64,000 nucleotides of DNA from Squalus acanthias. Its lineage: Eukaryota. Both the position numbers and the translations under genes were made by a program. The stretch is taken from positions 18,354,001-18,418,000 of the forward strand of contig CM059432.1 in NCBI GenBank assembly GCA_030390025.1, given 5' to 3'. This document shows, in pieces, positions 38,752-51,302 of this stretch (position 1 is its first letter; every line of letters starts with the position of its first letter). The notes under the pieces were generated by a model. That model worked only from the letters and a program-made list of their open reading frames with translations. It did no database searches and was not told the DNA's origin.

Positions 38752-39215
38752 TCAGCCTTAGCTCAGTGGTAGCGCTCTCACCTCTGCGTCAGAAGTTTGT
38801 GTGTTCAAGTCCCACTCCAGAGACTTGAGCACAAAATCTAGGCTGACACTTCAGTGCAGTACTGAGGGAGTGCTGCACTGTCAGAGGTGCTGTCTTTCGG
38901 ATGAGATATTAAATCGAGGCCCTGTCTGCACTCTCAGGTGGATGTAAAAGATCCCATGGCATTTTTTGAAAAAGAACAGGGCAATTTCCCGATGTCCTGG
39001 CCAACATTTATCCCTCAACCAATATCACTGAAACAGAAGATCGGGTCATTGATTTCATTGCTGTTTGTGGGAGCTTGCTGTGCACAAATTGGCTGCCATG
39101 TTACCCACATTACAACAGTGACTGCACTTCAAAAAGCACTTCATCGGCTGTAAAGCGCTTTGGGACGTTGTGAGGTTGTGAAAGGCGCTATATAAATGCA
39201 ACTCTTTCTTTCTTT
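38752..39215 (+). mobile_element. SacSINE1-like DeuSINE, full length
   Basis: A box TAGCTCAGTGG, B box GTTCAAGTCC, Deu core, tail AAAGGCGCTATATAAATGCAA and (CTTT)n. Confidence 0.88.
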
Positions 39216-39737
39216 CAGCTGTTCATTTTGCGTTCTTTTGTGGCGAAGGGAAGGAAACATTCCGAGAGAGAAAGTTGCCTCAGGGCCACTGTCCCTGCTT
39301 CCTAGGAGCTGGAATTGGTGGAAACATGGGAACTTTTTCCTGTCTATCTTCTTCGTCACTGGTGACACATGCTCTGCTGGTGGGGGCTGCCGGGTGGCAG
39401 GGTGTGGCGTGGGGGGGTGGGGGGAGGGGCAAAGGGGACTGAGGAGAAAATAATGGGATTCGGACCCGAAGAAAATCAAATTCAGATGAGCGTCCTTTTA
39501 TCCAGGCGGAGAAATCAGGAGGGCAGTGAGCGAGAATCAGTCTCTGCTTCTGGCAGCCATCCTATATCACGATCATGTGCTGGTGGGTGTCCGTCTGCCC
39601 TGCAGTCTCTGCAAGGAGAAATTGTGTTGAAAAATCAGTGTCCTTAAAATCAAACATTTTTTATATCTTCAGGGCAGATGTTTTTACAAAAAAAATGAAC
39701 GGCATCTGAGCTGCACAATAACAAAGGATACAGTTTG

Positions 39738-40790
39738 CACAACAACAATTTGCATTTATATAGCGAAAACGCCTCAAGGCACTTCACAGGAGCGTTATCA
39801 AACAAAATTTGACACCAAGCTACATTGCAGAACACCTCCGTTCAGTCTGTAAGGGTGACCCCGAGCGTCCGGTCGCCTGTCACTTTAATTCTCCGCTCCA
39901 CTCCCACTCTGACCTCACCGTCCTAGGCCTCTTACACTGTTCCAATGAAGCTCAACGTAAGCTCGAGGAACAGCACCTCATCATTCGATTAGGCACTTTA
40001 CAGCCGCCTGGACTCAGCATAGAGTTCAACAATTTCAGACCATAACCTCTGCCCCTATCATTTTTTTTTCTCTCTCTCTCTCACATGGCAGCTGATGATC
40101 ACTCTGCCAGTGCCATTTACACCTCATCTAGAGTCATCTTTTGTTCCTTAACTTGTCCCATTACCATCTCCTTTTGCCTTGCACCATCATCCCTTTTGTT
40201 TCTTAATCTCTCCTGCCTTCCATCCTATCACAGGCCTTCCCTTTTGTTCTTTCCTCCCCTCTCCCTTTTCCCTGCCCCTACACTTGCTTAAAAACCTGTT
40301 CTATCTCCAACTTTTTCCAGTTCATCGACCTGAAACGTTAACTCTGTTTCTCTCTCCACAGACGCTGCCTGACCTGCTGAGTATTCCCAGCATTCTCTGT
40401 TTTTACATAAGGTGACATTAGGACAGGTGACCAAAAACTTGGTCAATGAGGTCGGTTTTAAAGAGCATCTTAAAGGAGGAGAGGAAGCGAGAGAGGCGGA
40501 GAGTTTTAGGGAGGGAATTCCAGAGTTTAGGGCTGAAGCGGGCCGCCAATGGTGGAACGATGAAAATCGGGGATGTGCAAGAGGCCAGAATTGGGGGCGC
40601 GCAGAGATAGGGAAAGGGGCGAGGCCAATGGAGGGATTTGAAAACAAGGATGAGAATTTTAAAATGGAGGCGCTGCCAGACCTGGAGCCAATGTAGGTCA
40701 GCGAGCACAGGGGGAAGTGGGCGAACGGGACTTGGTGCGAGTTAGGATACAAGCAGCAGAGTTTTGGATGAGCTCAAGCTTATGGAGGTG
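39738..40790 (-). mobile_element. L2 LINE 3' end, split by a Penelope-like insertion
   Basis: LADLHWLQVWQRLHFKILILVFKSLH...LWNSLP; tail resumes at 39738-39820. Confidence 0.8.
39820..40405 (+). mobile_element. Penelope-like element 3' fragment (GIY-YIG C-terminus and terminal repeat)
   Basis: AEHLRSV...PVACHFNS..HSHSDL..LGLLHC...RKLEEQHLIIRLGTLQPPGLSIEF. Confidence 0.88.
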
Positions 40791-41654
40791 TCACCAATTT
40801 ACCTGCCAGGTGGATTTGGTTAAAATGACCTCCTCGTTGTAAAAAATAACCCAATGACGAACAGCCCAGCGCTGGTTTAATTGCAAGAAAAGTAATGGGA
40901 CTGAGGCACGATGGTCAATAGAGTGCAGTAGGAAGATTGAACTGTGCAAGCTCAGACTTCGGACAGTGGGCGCGATGTCCACAACTAAATAAATATCTGA
41001 AACACACAGGGCGGCTGCAGACAGACCGAATCCATCCCCAGAGCGAGCGCAGGCACAGGCAACGCTAACAATCGGGAGCTCGAGAAAGCCCCAAAAGCCA
41101 ATTTATTCGATAAAATATCACAGGAAATTTGATTTAGATCTCAGCAAAGACAACAGCATAGAAAATAGGATGAGCAAGCACAAAATATTTCTACATCCAG
41201 CAGTTGGTGTGCTGCGCTCTGAAAGATTAACGGTTAGCTCATATATATAGAGCTGGTACTATTGAAATTTTCATATCTTTGATAAAAGTCAACACTTAAG
41301 GAGGACGTAGACGGATCTTATAATGAAAATATTTCTCCAGTGGATAAGGGTAATTTATTTTTCAATATTCTGCCTGTCTGGGAGGAAACTCCGTTTTAAT
41401 CTTTCCCTTGTGGAAATGGCCAGCTCTGATCACAGCCTCGCCTTGCAGCCCCTTAACCTTCATTATCCGTCAGCTCTGTCGGTGACTGGCTCCATGCTGC
41501 CCCACATGGTTCAGGATCCTTTCCAGCCCATGGATGCCTATCGGGAGGCATTGGGAGCTCAACGACTCCGTGTCAGCTGGATTCACAGCAGCCTTCCGCA
41601 CCCTCATCCAGGGACCAAGAAAGATGCCGTTGCATTGTTATCGAACGAGCATAC

Positions 41655-42665
41655 GACAACAACTTGCATTTATAAAGCGCCGTTAACATAGTAAAACGCT
41701 CCAAGGCACTTCACAGGAGCGTCATCAGACATAATTTGACACCGAGCCACATAAGGAGATATTGGGCCGTATTTTCCGATGCCCATGGGTGTGTACGGGC
41801 TGTGTACACACCCGTAGGGACATCGGAAATACCGGTTTCAGGCATGCCAAGCACATGCGCCGAAAACCGGTATTTCCGATCTGTCAAGAATGCTCTTGAC
41901 AGATCGGACGCCTGCCCTGGAGAAGGGCCTCTGCGGGGGGAGAGTTCCGCTTTCTGGAGAACCTCCGCCCGCAGAAAACCCTTAGAAATCTTACGCCTGG
42001 TAAGGCCTGCTTTTACCAGCATAAGAGTTGAAAAAAAGTTAAAAAAAATAATAATTTTTTTCACTCATTTATAATTTTAAAATACTTTTAAAAAAAGGTA
42101 AGTTTATTTTTAGCTCCGTAAAAAACTTTAATTATTTTTTTCAAAAAATTAAATTTTTGTTTAAAATATTTAATTTATTGTAATTTCAACTCATTTTAGA
42201 AAGGTGATGATTTTTTTTAAATGTATTTAATGTTTTACTGTGTTTTTGGGTTGATCTCCATTCATATATTTGACAGGTCTATCTGTCAAGTGTATGACGG
42301 GAGATTCCCTTCTTTGATTGACTCCCCATGGCCCACGTGATCCCAGGGACGATTGCGAACCGCTTGCGCCTCTGGGATACGTGGGCCCTGCGCATTTCGA
42401 CTGTGGAGAGGCCCAGGAGCGGAAGTGTCCAGACCTCGGGAGCCCTCAGGTAAGTTTGTAGATTTTTTCCAGATCGGAGGCCTCCGCACGCAGGAAGCCT
42501 CCGATCGGAAAATACGGGCCAATAGGATAGGAGGAGAGAGAGAAGTAGAGAGGCAAAGAGGTTTAGAGAGGGAATTCCAGAGCTTAGGGCCAAGACAATT
42601 GAAGGGACGGCCACCAATGGAGGGGCGAAAGAAATTGAGAATGCACAAGAGGCCAGAATTGGTGT
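41655..42665 (-). mobile_element. L2 3' end interrupted by MITE B
   Basis: L2 tail at 41655-41763 continues at 42521-42665 (LGPKLWNSL). Confidence 0.7.
41764..42520. mobile_element. Harbinger-type MITE subfamily B
   Basis: TIR GGGCCGTATTTTCCGAT / ATCGGAAAATACGGGCC; flanks ATT/AAT; collinear with 5504-6225. Confidence 0.85.
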
Positions 42666-42945
42666 AACTGAGATTTTTCCTTAAACGATAGGAGATAACT
42701 AGCTCTTTTCAATCAATAAAATGCAGTACAGTAGTTTTATACTCCAGCCGATACCAATGCACACTGGTGGGAGACCACTTCATACATAAAAACTAAATGA
42801 CAGCAATGCTTTCTACTAAAAGAACATCTCCCAGAACTTACTCTGGGAATATTACCATGGTAGAATGTTCTGACAAATGTTTAGCCACATTATGACTGGT
42901 GATACCATCATGTCACTGATTGCTGCTTTACTGCAGTTTTGCTTT

Positions 42946-43715
42946 GGCCCAGAATTTGCAATTGTAATGACGGCGAAACTGTCAGCGCTCACCATCATTA
43001 TTGTGTAAAACTGACAGCAACTTCTGGTGTCCACATATGTGCAGTTAAACACAGAAATCCTGAAGTTGCTGTCAGTGATACCCCACTCCTCCACAGGGTG
43101 CGTGGTTGCAGTCTTCGCAGATGCAATCAATACAGAATCAGTGATTTGACGTAAACTTCAACTTTTTACGCAGTATTCTCACTGTAAAAAGTTAAGCCTC
43201 ATTGAATGAGGTGTAAATGAGTTTTTAATGGCATACTATATCATAATTACTGCGGAACCAGCTCTCTGGCCCTGAAAATCTAATTTTATAAGCGTGCAGT
43301 GCCATTCCCTCCATTCCATGATAAAAATTTCATAGACGTTTAAAATAATAAAAACTAATTTTAATTTTATTTTTTAAAGTTTGTTTATGATATTTCAGCT
43401 TCTACCTTAATCCCATGTGTATGTCCCAATCTTTATTTTGTTTTCTGTAAAATGATTAAAAAGTGAATGATAATTAGTGCTTTTTACTTCCTGGTTTACT
43501 GTCTGTGAGAATTCTTCAATCTGTTTGCCGCTCAGCCTGCTTGATGACTTCCCTGTTCCTGGACACCACAGATACCCTATAGATGGTGCCAGATTGAAAT
43601 TGACATTGGAATAGGTGAAATCAACACCACAGAGATCGCTAAATCTTTGTGGGCAGCTTTCTTCGAGGTCAGCGGCGAGCGCCATCCCTTCGCCGCTGAC
43701 TGCAACATCTGGGCC
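42946..43715. mobile_element. Harbinger-type MITE subfamily D
   Basis: TIR GGCCCAGAATTTGCA / TGCAACATCTGGGCC; flanks TTT/GTT; AT-rich centre. Confidence 0.65.
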
Positions 43716-43981
43716 GTTATTTTACACAGTGGGTGACCACTATATGGAATGAATTGCCTGGTGGGGTAATGGAGACAGGTAGTGTTGGTGAATTCAACAG
43801 GGAATTGGATACATATTTAGCACAAAAAAGCAATGGAAGGGCTTGAGAGATAATATATTTTGTTTTAAAGCTCTAGGACTGGCCAGTTGGACAGAAGTGG
43901 TCTCTTCTAGTTTGCTACACTCCTCCGCCATGCTATTGTGGAGAGGTATTGGGCAAAGTCTGGTACTTCCCTAGAGAGAGA

Positions 43982-44326
43982 GAAAGAAAGACTTGCATTT
44001 ATGTAGCGCCTTTCACGACCACCGGACGTCTCAAAGCGCTTTACAGCCAATGAAGTACTTTTGAAGTGGAGTCACTGTTGTAATGTGGGAAATGCGGCAG
44101 CCAATTTGTGCACAGCAAGGTCCCACAAACAGCAATGTGATAATGACCAGATAATCTGTTTTTGTTATGTTGGTTGAGGGATAAGTATTGGCCAGGACAC
44201 CGAGGATAACTCCCCAGCTCTTCTTCGAAATAGTGCTGTGGGATCTTTTACGTCCACCTGAGAGAGCAGACAGGGCCTCGGTTTAACGTCTCATCCGAAA
44301 GACGGCACCTCCGACAGTGCAGCACT
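43982..44326 (-). mobile_element. SacSINE1-like DeuSINE lacking its head
   Basis: High similarity to other copies; flanked by (GA)n. Confidence 0.85.
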
Positions 44327-44792
44327 GAGAGAGAGAGCGCGAAGGAAAAACAGAAGGGAGATTCATTTTGCTTTCATGCACCTTCTAGAGGATGGTTTCA
44401 AAATGGCATCGGTGAGGAATTAGGAGCAGGATGTCTGCCTGCCCTCACAACAAGATGAGAAAATAACTTAAAAATCGTTTTTAAGTTTTGCCCTTCTTTG
44501 ACACATTAGTCCCCACATCCTCCAATAACTAGTTCAAAAGAGACTAGTCAGCATTGGAGCAACAGGAACAAAATTTGACCCTATACATGAGGAATGGTGA
44601 TGTAGCATCCCTTGAGCTGCTGTGGGTATTTGAGGCGTAGGGGGTGTAAGTTAGTGTTCGGCAAGGTTGATGCTTGGAACTCAAACATTTTCATGTCCTT
44701 TTGTGTCAAGTATTAGTGTCATACACTGTCAAGCCAGCTGTCGTGTGGGTGTGATGGAGAGTAAAATTTCTACTTTGCCCTGACAACATGTC

Positions 44793-45570
44793 ATAAGAAC
44801 ATAAGAAGTAGGAGCAGGAGTTGGCCATTCAGCCCCTCAAGCCTGCTCTGCCATTCAATAAGATCATGGCTGATCTTCTACCTCAACTCCACCTTCCCAC
44901 ACTATCCCCATATCCCTTGATTCCCTCAATATCCAAAAATCTATCGAGCTCTGTCTTAAATATACTCAACGACTGGACCTCCACAGCCCTCTGGGGTAGA
45001 GAATTCCAAAGATTCACCACCCTCTGACTAAATGGCCGACCCCTTATTCTGAGACTGTGACCCCTGGTTCTAGACTCCCCAGCCAGGGGAAACATCCTCC
45101 CTGCATTTACCCTGTCAAGCCTTTTAAGAATTGTGTATGTTTCAATGAGATCGCCTCTCATTTTTCTAAACTCCAGAGAATATAGGTCTAGTCTATTCAA
45201 TCTGTCCTCATAGGACAATCCCCCCATCCCAGGAATCAGTCTGGTGAACCTTTGTTGCACTCCCTCTATGGCAAGTATATCCTTCCTTAGGTAAGGAGAC
45301 CAAAACTGTACACAATGCTCCAGGTGTGGTCTCACCAGGGCCCTATATAATTGCAGTAAGACGACTTTACTCATATACTCAAATCCTCTTGTAATAAAGG
45401 CCAACATAACATGACCCGTTTATTCCTACTCTCTGTTTTCAGTCCGTTAACCAATCCTCAATCCATGCTGGTATATTACCCCCAAACCCATAAGCCCTAA
45501 TTTTGTTTAATAACCTCTTGTGTGGCACCTTATCGAATGCCTTCTGAAAATCCAAATACACCACATCGCA
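44793..45570 (-). mobile_element. CR1 LINE, truncated and internally deleted
   Basis: 174-aa ORF 44883-45407 with CR1 ORF2 C-terminus; tail repeat ATAAGAAC. Confidence 0.92.
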
Positions 45571-46019
45571 CTAACCTTAGAAACAGCCCAGTTGTAATGT
45601 GTGACATTTCCATTTCCAGGGCTAGTCTTGCTTCTCATCTTCCACAGCAAAACTGCTCATTTATATCGAATTATGAATCATTTTGTGTACCTATGCACAT
45701 TAGGGATTGGGGATGAGATTGTCTCAATAGTTTTCACTTATGATTCTTAAAGGTAGCAGAGAGAAAGAAAGAGAGAGAAACATCAGACAGCATTGCATTT
45801 GAAGCCCAGTGTGAAAGGACAATGTGCTAACTCACTGCTTCGCCCAATCCCCGAACACAAAACATGTCTGTGTCCTGTTAGTTGCAAATTCAACTTTGTT
45901 TAAAAAAGATGGCACAAAGCCTTTTGGATGCATCGGTTTAATATTTTGTTATAACTTTGACTGAATGGGTTTTGGGGTTGATGAGTTAACGGCACAAGAC
46001 GGTAACCAGGAACTACTCA

Positions 46020-46400
46020 ACTACTCGGTTGTTAAGTCCACTGACCAGATTGGAACTTAGCCTTACAGACCAGGAACGTCTGAAGTTCAATCCTAGGTCT
46101 GTGCTCAGTTCGATGATCGCAGCCAAGTTGTCGGTAGTAGAATTACAATTGATTTGGGGGAAGGAGAGAAGTTAGCCAAGATCCCCAGTCCTGATCACTA
46201 CCCAGTTACGTCTACTGGAAAGTGTACCCATGTGGTCGGCAGGTGAAGTGTACACTGGGCTTGGCTGAGATTCCCCCCCACCCCCCCACGGGTGAATAGT
46301 CTGACAACATTCACTGTTGAGACTCACGCGTTAAGAATAACAACTTGGATGAGGTACGAGAAGAAGTCGGTGTGAAACAGTTATCCCAGCACAAGTCGGG
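46020..46400 (+). mobile_element. Old SINE-like repeat
   Basis: B-box-like GTTCAATCC; weak similarity to the reverse complement of 9565-9700. Confidence 0.35.
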
Positions 46401-46589
46401 TCATTAAAAGGATAAGGGAGAACACTGAAGGAGGACTGGAAGACCAACAAAACATCACCTACATCTAATAGCAGGTTAAAAAGCAAACCGCACCTCCCAA
46501 ACACCATGCAGAGATTCCTGCTTCCTCACAGACATGCTCCTGGCTGTCACCCAGCAGGTGATGTCACCAGCACCAGCCCTCTCTAAATG

Positions 46590-48212
46590 TGGGGCCTCCG
46601 TTTCTTCCTTGAACGGAGGCTCAACCAGTTCCCATCCACCACCACACTCTCCGCCTGGTCGAACTTGTTTTTACAACGTCTCCTATGACTCCTCTCACTT
46701 CCTCCAATTGAAAAGTGTCGCGATGGGAACCCGTATGGGTCCTGGCTATGCCTGCCTTTTCGTGGTCCCCTCCCTCACCTCTTTTTCCGGTACATTGATG
46801 GCTGTATCGGTACCGCTTCCTGCTCTCGCCCCAAACTGCATTTTATCAACATTGCTTCAAATTTCCACCCCTCCCTCGCCTTCACATGGTCCATCTCCAA
46901 CTCTTCCCTTCCTTCCTCGACTTCTCTGTCTCCATTTCTGGGGATAGGCTCTCAACCAATATCTACTATAAGCCTATTGACTCCCACAGTTACTTTGATT
47001 ACAGTTCCTCCCACCCCACTTCTGTAAGGACTCTATTCCATTCTCCCAGTTTCTCCGTCTCCATCACATCTGCTCTGACGATGCCACCTTCCACACCAGT
47101 GCTTCCAATATGTCTTCCTATTTCATCAACCGAAGATTTCCCTCCACCATGCTTGACATGGCCCTCAACCGTGTCCGTCCCATTTCACGCACTTCTGCTC
47201 TCACCCCTTCCCCTGCCTCCCAGAACCACGATAGGGTTCCCCTTGTCCTTACCTTCCACCCCACCAGCCTCCACATTCAACGGATCATCCTCCACCATTT
47301 CCGACACCTCCAGTGCAATGCCACAACCCAACATATCTTCCCTCACCTTTCATCATTCCGCAAAGGACTATTCCCTCCATGATACCCTGGTCCACTCTTC
47401 CATCATCCCAACACCTATTCCCCTTCCCACGGCACCTTCCCGTGCAAGTGCAGGAGATGCAACACCAGCCCTTTCACCTCCTCCCTTCCCACCATCCAGG
47501 GCCCCAAACACTCCTTCCAGGTGAAACTGCGATTCACTTGTACTTCTTTCAATTTAGTACACTGTATTCGCTGCTCACGATGGGGCCTCCTCTACAGTGG
47601 GAGACCAAACGCAGATTGGGTGTTGCTTTGCGGAACACCTCCTCTACAGTCTGCAGGCGTTACCCTGAGCTTCCAATTGCTTGTCACTTTAGTTCTCTGT
47701 CCCACTCCCACTCTGACCTCTCCATCCTCAGCCTCCTACACTATTCCAATCAAGCTCAACAGAAGCTCAAGGAACACTTCAATTAGATACTTTACAATCT
47801 TTCAGACTCAACGTCGAGTTCAACAATTTCAGGTCATAACCATTGCTCCCATTTTTTTGGACAGCAGGTGCCAGTAATGATTCTTCTGTTGCTATTTTCA
47901 GCTCTTCCAGACCCATCTTTTGTCCCATTACCACCCCCTTTTGCCTTTGCACCGTCCTCCCTTTTGCCATGTAATCTCTCCTGCCTTCCACCCTATTACA
48001 GACCTTCCCGTTTGTTCTTTCCTCCCCTTCCTTTTGCCCTGCCTCTGTGCTTACTTAAAACCTGTAACACCTGTAACGTTTTCCATGAAGGGTCACAGAC
48101 CTGAAACATTAACTCTGTTTTTCTCTCTCCACAGATGCTGCCTGGCCTGCTGAGTATTTCTAGCATTTACTGTTTATATTTCAGATTCCCAGCATCCGCA
48201 GTATTTTGCCTT
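46590..48212 (+). mobile_element. Penelope-like retroelement (RT and GIY-YIG endonuclease), decayed
   Basis: VAMGTRMGPGYACLF, FLDFSVSISGDRLSTNIYYKPIDSHSYFDYSSSHP, FTCTSFNLVHCIRCSR.GLLY; multiple frameshifts. Confidence 0.92.
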
Positions 48213-49189
48213 TGTATCATTTTCCTAGAAGTCGCTTCAGTTGTTTTTTGTTAGCCCGTAGCACCTTTAAGTCAAAGCATGCTGTGCGAGTGCTTTTAAA
48301 GGGAAATCTATTAAATATTAAGAACGGACTAAGATTAATACAAATGATATGCAGAAAGTTTCTTTCCTCCGTCTTTACCATTTGTAACACATTCTGGAGA
48401 GACAAGATTTATGTTAAGTAAAACGAACGCTGATGATGCTTAACTGGAGGATCAATGAGAACTTCAACTTCAATTTAATTACTCTCATTAGGCTTTGAAA
48501 TTGGTGCTAGCAGTTAGCAGGCTTGTTGTACTATCTTAATTTGCCAGTTCAAACACCACCTTCTGCTATTTCCCACACTCGGGAGAATTTGAAACTATAG
48601 TAACCCCTCACTCACAATCATAAGGCAGCATGAAAGTATTTTCTTCGGATCCCTACTCCCAAGTTTATCTGCTGTGAAGGCATAATTCCTGGAATGATCA
48701 GATTACGATAAGCTATGACTGTGTCTGAATATGACAGCACGAGGCACCCAGTATGCTTACTGAGAACTCTTCCTGTGTACAGGGAGGGAAGGAAGGAAGG
48801 AAGGAAGGAAATGCTGTATTTCCAGTTATTTGTGCTCGAGTGTTAGGCATGACTATGTGTTTCTGATGTCTGGGGTTTGTATGCAAGGGAGGGTGGTGCA
48901 TTTAAAAACTAAAGGTTTGCCTTAACCTGTATGACCAATATGTAGGCAAGCAATTACATAGACTAAGGCCTTTAAAAAAAAAAATGTCAAAAGAAATTTG
49001 AACACTTTTTGGGCCACCCGTGGAGGTCACTGGTCACGTGGGGGCCCAAGGTCTACTGTAGACATTCTCCGCCCATCTAAAATAGGCCATGGAAAACCGT
49101 CCAGGTCAGGGGTGGGCCATTCGGGTTGGAGTAAGTCCGGCCCTGAGCAAGGTGTGCCAGGACTCCGCCAAAGCAGAAAACCCCAGTCT

Positions 49190-49485
49190 TTGTCTGCCCT
49201 CACAGGTGGACACAAAAGATTCCGTGGCACTATTTGGAAGAAGAGCAGGGCAGTTCTCCCCGGTGTCCTGTTCAATATCCCTCAACCAACATCACTGAAA
49301 CAGACTATCTGGCCATTAACACATTGCTGTTTGTGGGACCTTGCTGTGTGCAAATTGGCTGCCGCGTTTACTCCATTACAACAGTGTCTACACTTCAAAA
49401 AAGTACTTCATTGGGTGTGAAATGCTTTGGGACGTCCTGAGGTCGTGAAAGGCGCTATATAAAATGCAGGCTCTTTCTTCTTTCT
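49190..49485 (+). mobile_element. SacSINE1-like DeuSINE 3' part
   Basis: Deu core and tail. Confidence 0.82.
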
Positions 49486-49562
49486 AAACAAATGTAAGCA
49501 GATCTCATTGTCTTACACCATCATCACTGTTTGTCATTTAATCACTTCTACCCCATCACTGA

Positions 49563-51082
49563 TGTAAGACGTGCGGAAATCGCCCCTCGCCCCGTCAAAC
49601 AGTTTCCAAAGTTCAGACCCGTCGAACAGACAACACAAGACCTCATGAATCTGTGAAACTTCTTTTACTCAGCAAGAGATTACAAGTAAGCATCCGACAG
49701 TTATGTAGCGTATAATAATTCCCAATTATACCTCAGCATACACGGAGCTAACCCTTTACTTTAAGCTCAAGCAAAACACCAGTGAGTGGCCAATCCGGCA
49801 GTGACTAGGTGTATGATTTCTGGCAACTGACCAGCTCACCCAGCTGCAACTCCGAGTGTCTTCTAACAGCATCTTTTATACCGTAAAACTTGGCAACCCT
49901 CTCACTGTGTACGTGTCTCTAACTATACGGAGAATGGTCATCAGTTGTTTTTCAGTTCTTCTTATCGATAGTTCGTTGAGCATCTGTGGGTTTCAAGGCC
50001 AGTTACATTCCATAGTCTGAAGATGTTTCCGCAGTTCAATAGTCTGTTCCCACTCGCAAAGCATGTTTTCCTTATCTTGGTAAAAGGCAGCTGGCAGCCT
50101 TTCACAATTTTTCTAGCAGAAAGTCACTGTTCCTGTCCAAGGTCTCCTTTATCTGTCAACGGTTTTCGTACAAAAGTTCTCACAGGAACCTCTCAAAGCA
50201 TGCTGGTATTTGTGGATAAATGTGAAGTTATCCACTTCGGTAGGAAAAACAGAAAGGTAGAGTATTATTTAAATGGTGACAGATTGGGAAATGCTGATGT
50301 ACAAAGGGACCTGGGTGTCCTGGTACACCAGTCACTGAAAGCAAACATGCAGGTGCAGCAAGCAGTTATGAAGGCAAATGGTATGTTGGCCTTCATTGCA
50401 AGAGGATTTGAGTACAGGAGCAAGGATGTCTTACTAGAGTTATACAGGGCCTTGGTGAGACCACACCAGGAGTACTGTGTGCAGTTTTGGTCTCCTTACC
50501 TAAGAAAGGATATACTTGCCATAGAGGGAGTGCAGCGAAGGTTCACCAGACTGATTCCTGGGATGGCAGGACTGTCGTATGAGGAGAGATTGGGTCAACT
50601 AGGCCTGTATTCATTAGAGTTTAGAAGAATGAGAGGGGATCTCATTGAAACGTATAAAATTCTGACAGGGCTAGACAGACTGGATGCAGGGAGGATGTTT
50701 CCCTTGGCTGGGGGGTCTAGAACGAGGGGTCACAGTCTCAGGATACAGGGTAGGACATTTAGGACTGAGATGAGGAGAAATTTCTTCACTCAGAGGGTGG
50801 CGAACCTGTGGAATTCTCTACCACAGAAGGCTGTGGAGGCCAAGTCACTGAATATATTTAAGAAGGAGATAGATAGATTTCTAGACACAAAAGGCATCAA
50901 GGGGTATGGGGAGAGAGCGGGAATATGGTATTGAGATAGAGGATTAGCCATGATCATATTGAATGGCAGAGCAGGCTCGAAGGGTTGAATGGCCTACTCC
51001 TGCTCCTATTTTTCTATGTTTTCTATGTTTTTAAGTTTGGTCAAGTTACAGCAAAATTTAAAGCAAAGGGCTTATTCTTACA
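49563..51082 (-). mobile_element. Solo LTR family B (about 700 bp) containing a CR1 insertion
   Basis: Inverted termini TGTAAGA...TCTTACA; exact TSD CTGA (49559-49562, 51083-51086); TATAAAA at 49874-49880 and AGTAAA at 49664-49669 on the minus strand. Confidence 0.85.
50211..51030 (+). mobile_element. Young CR1 LINE, 5'-truncated, with an open ORF2 C-terminus
   Basis: About 240 uninterrupted codons VDKCEVIHFG...GYGERAGIWY; (TTCTATGT)n tail. Confidence 0.93.
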
Positions 51083-51302
51083 CTGACCTCTCCCTTTAAT
51101 TCCTTTCTTGCCACTTATCCCTGGCTCTGTATTTGCTTAAAAGCTGTTCATCTCTAACATCTTCCAGTTCGGATGAAAGGTCATCAACCTGAAACGTTAA
51201 CTTTGTTTCTCTCTCCACAGATGCTGTCTGACCTGCTGAGTATTTCCAGTATTTTATGATTTTATTTCAGATTTCCAGCATCCGCAGTATTTTGCTTTGT
51301 GC

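Larger units (their letters stand above)
49507..51302 (+). mobile_element. Penelope-like terminal fragment (49507-49562 and 51083-51302) split by an LTR
   Basis: 11-bp TSD AAGCAGATCTC (49496-49506, 51303-51313); hammerhead-like motif at 51170-51198. Confidence 0.72.

Noticed and set aside
50023..50934. 303-aa ORF as a host gene
   Set aside because: Chance fusion of antisense LTR-B sequence to the C-terminal part of CR1 ORF2; it lacks the RT core.
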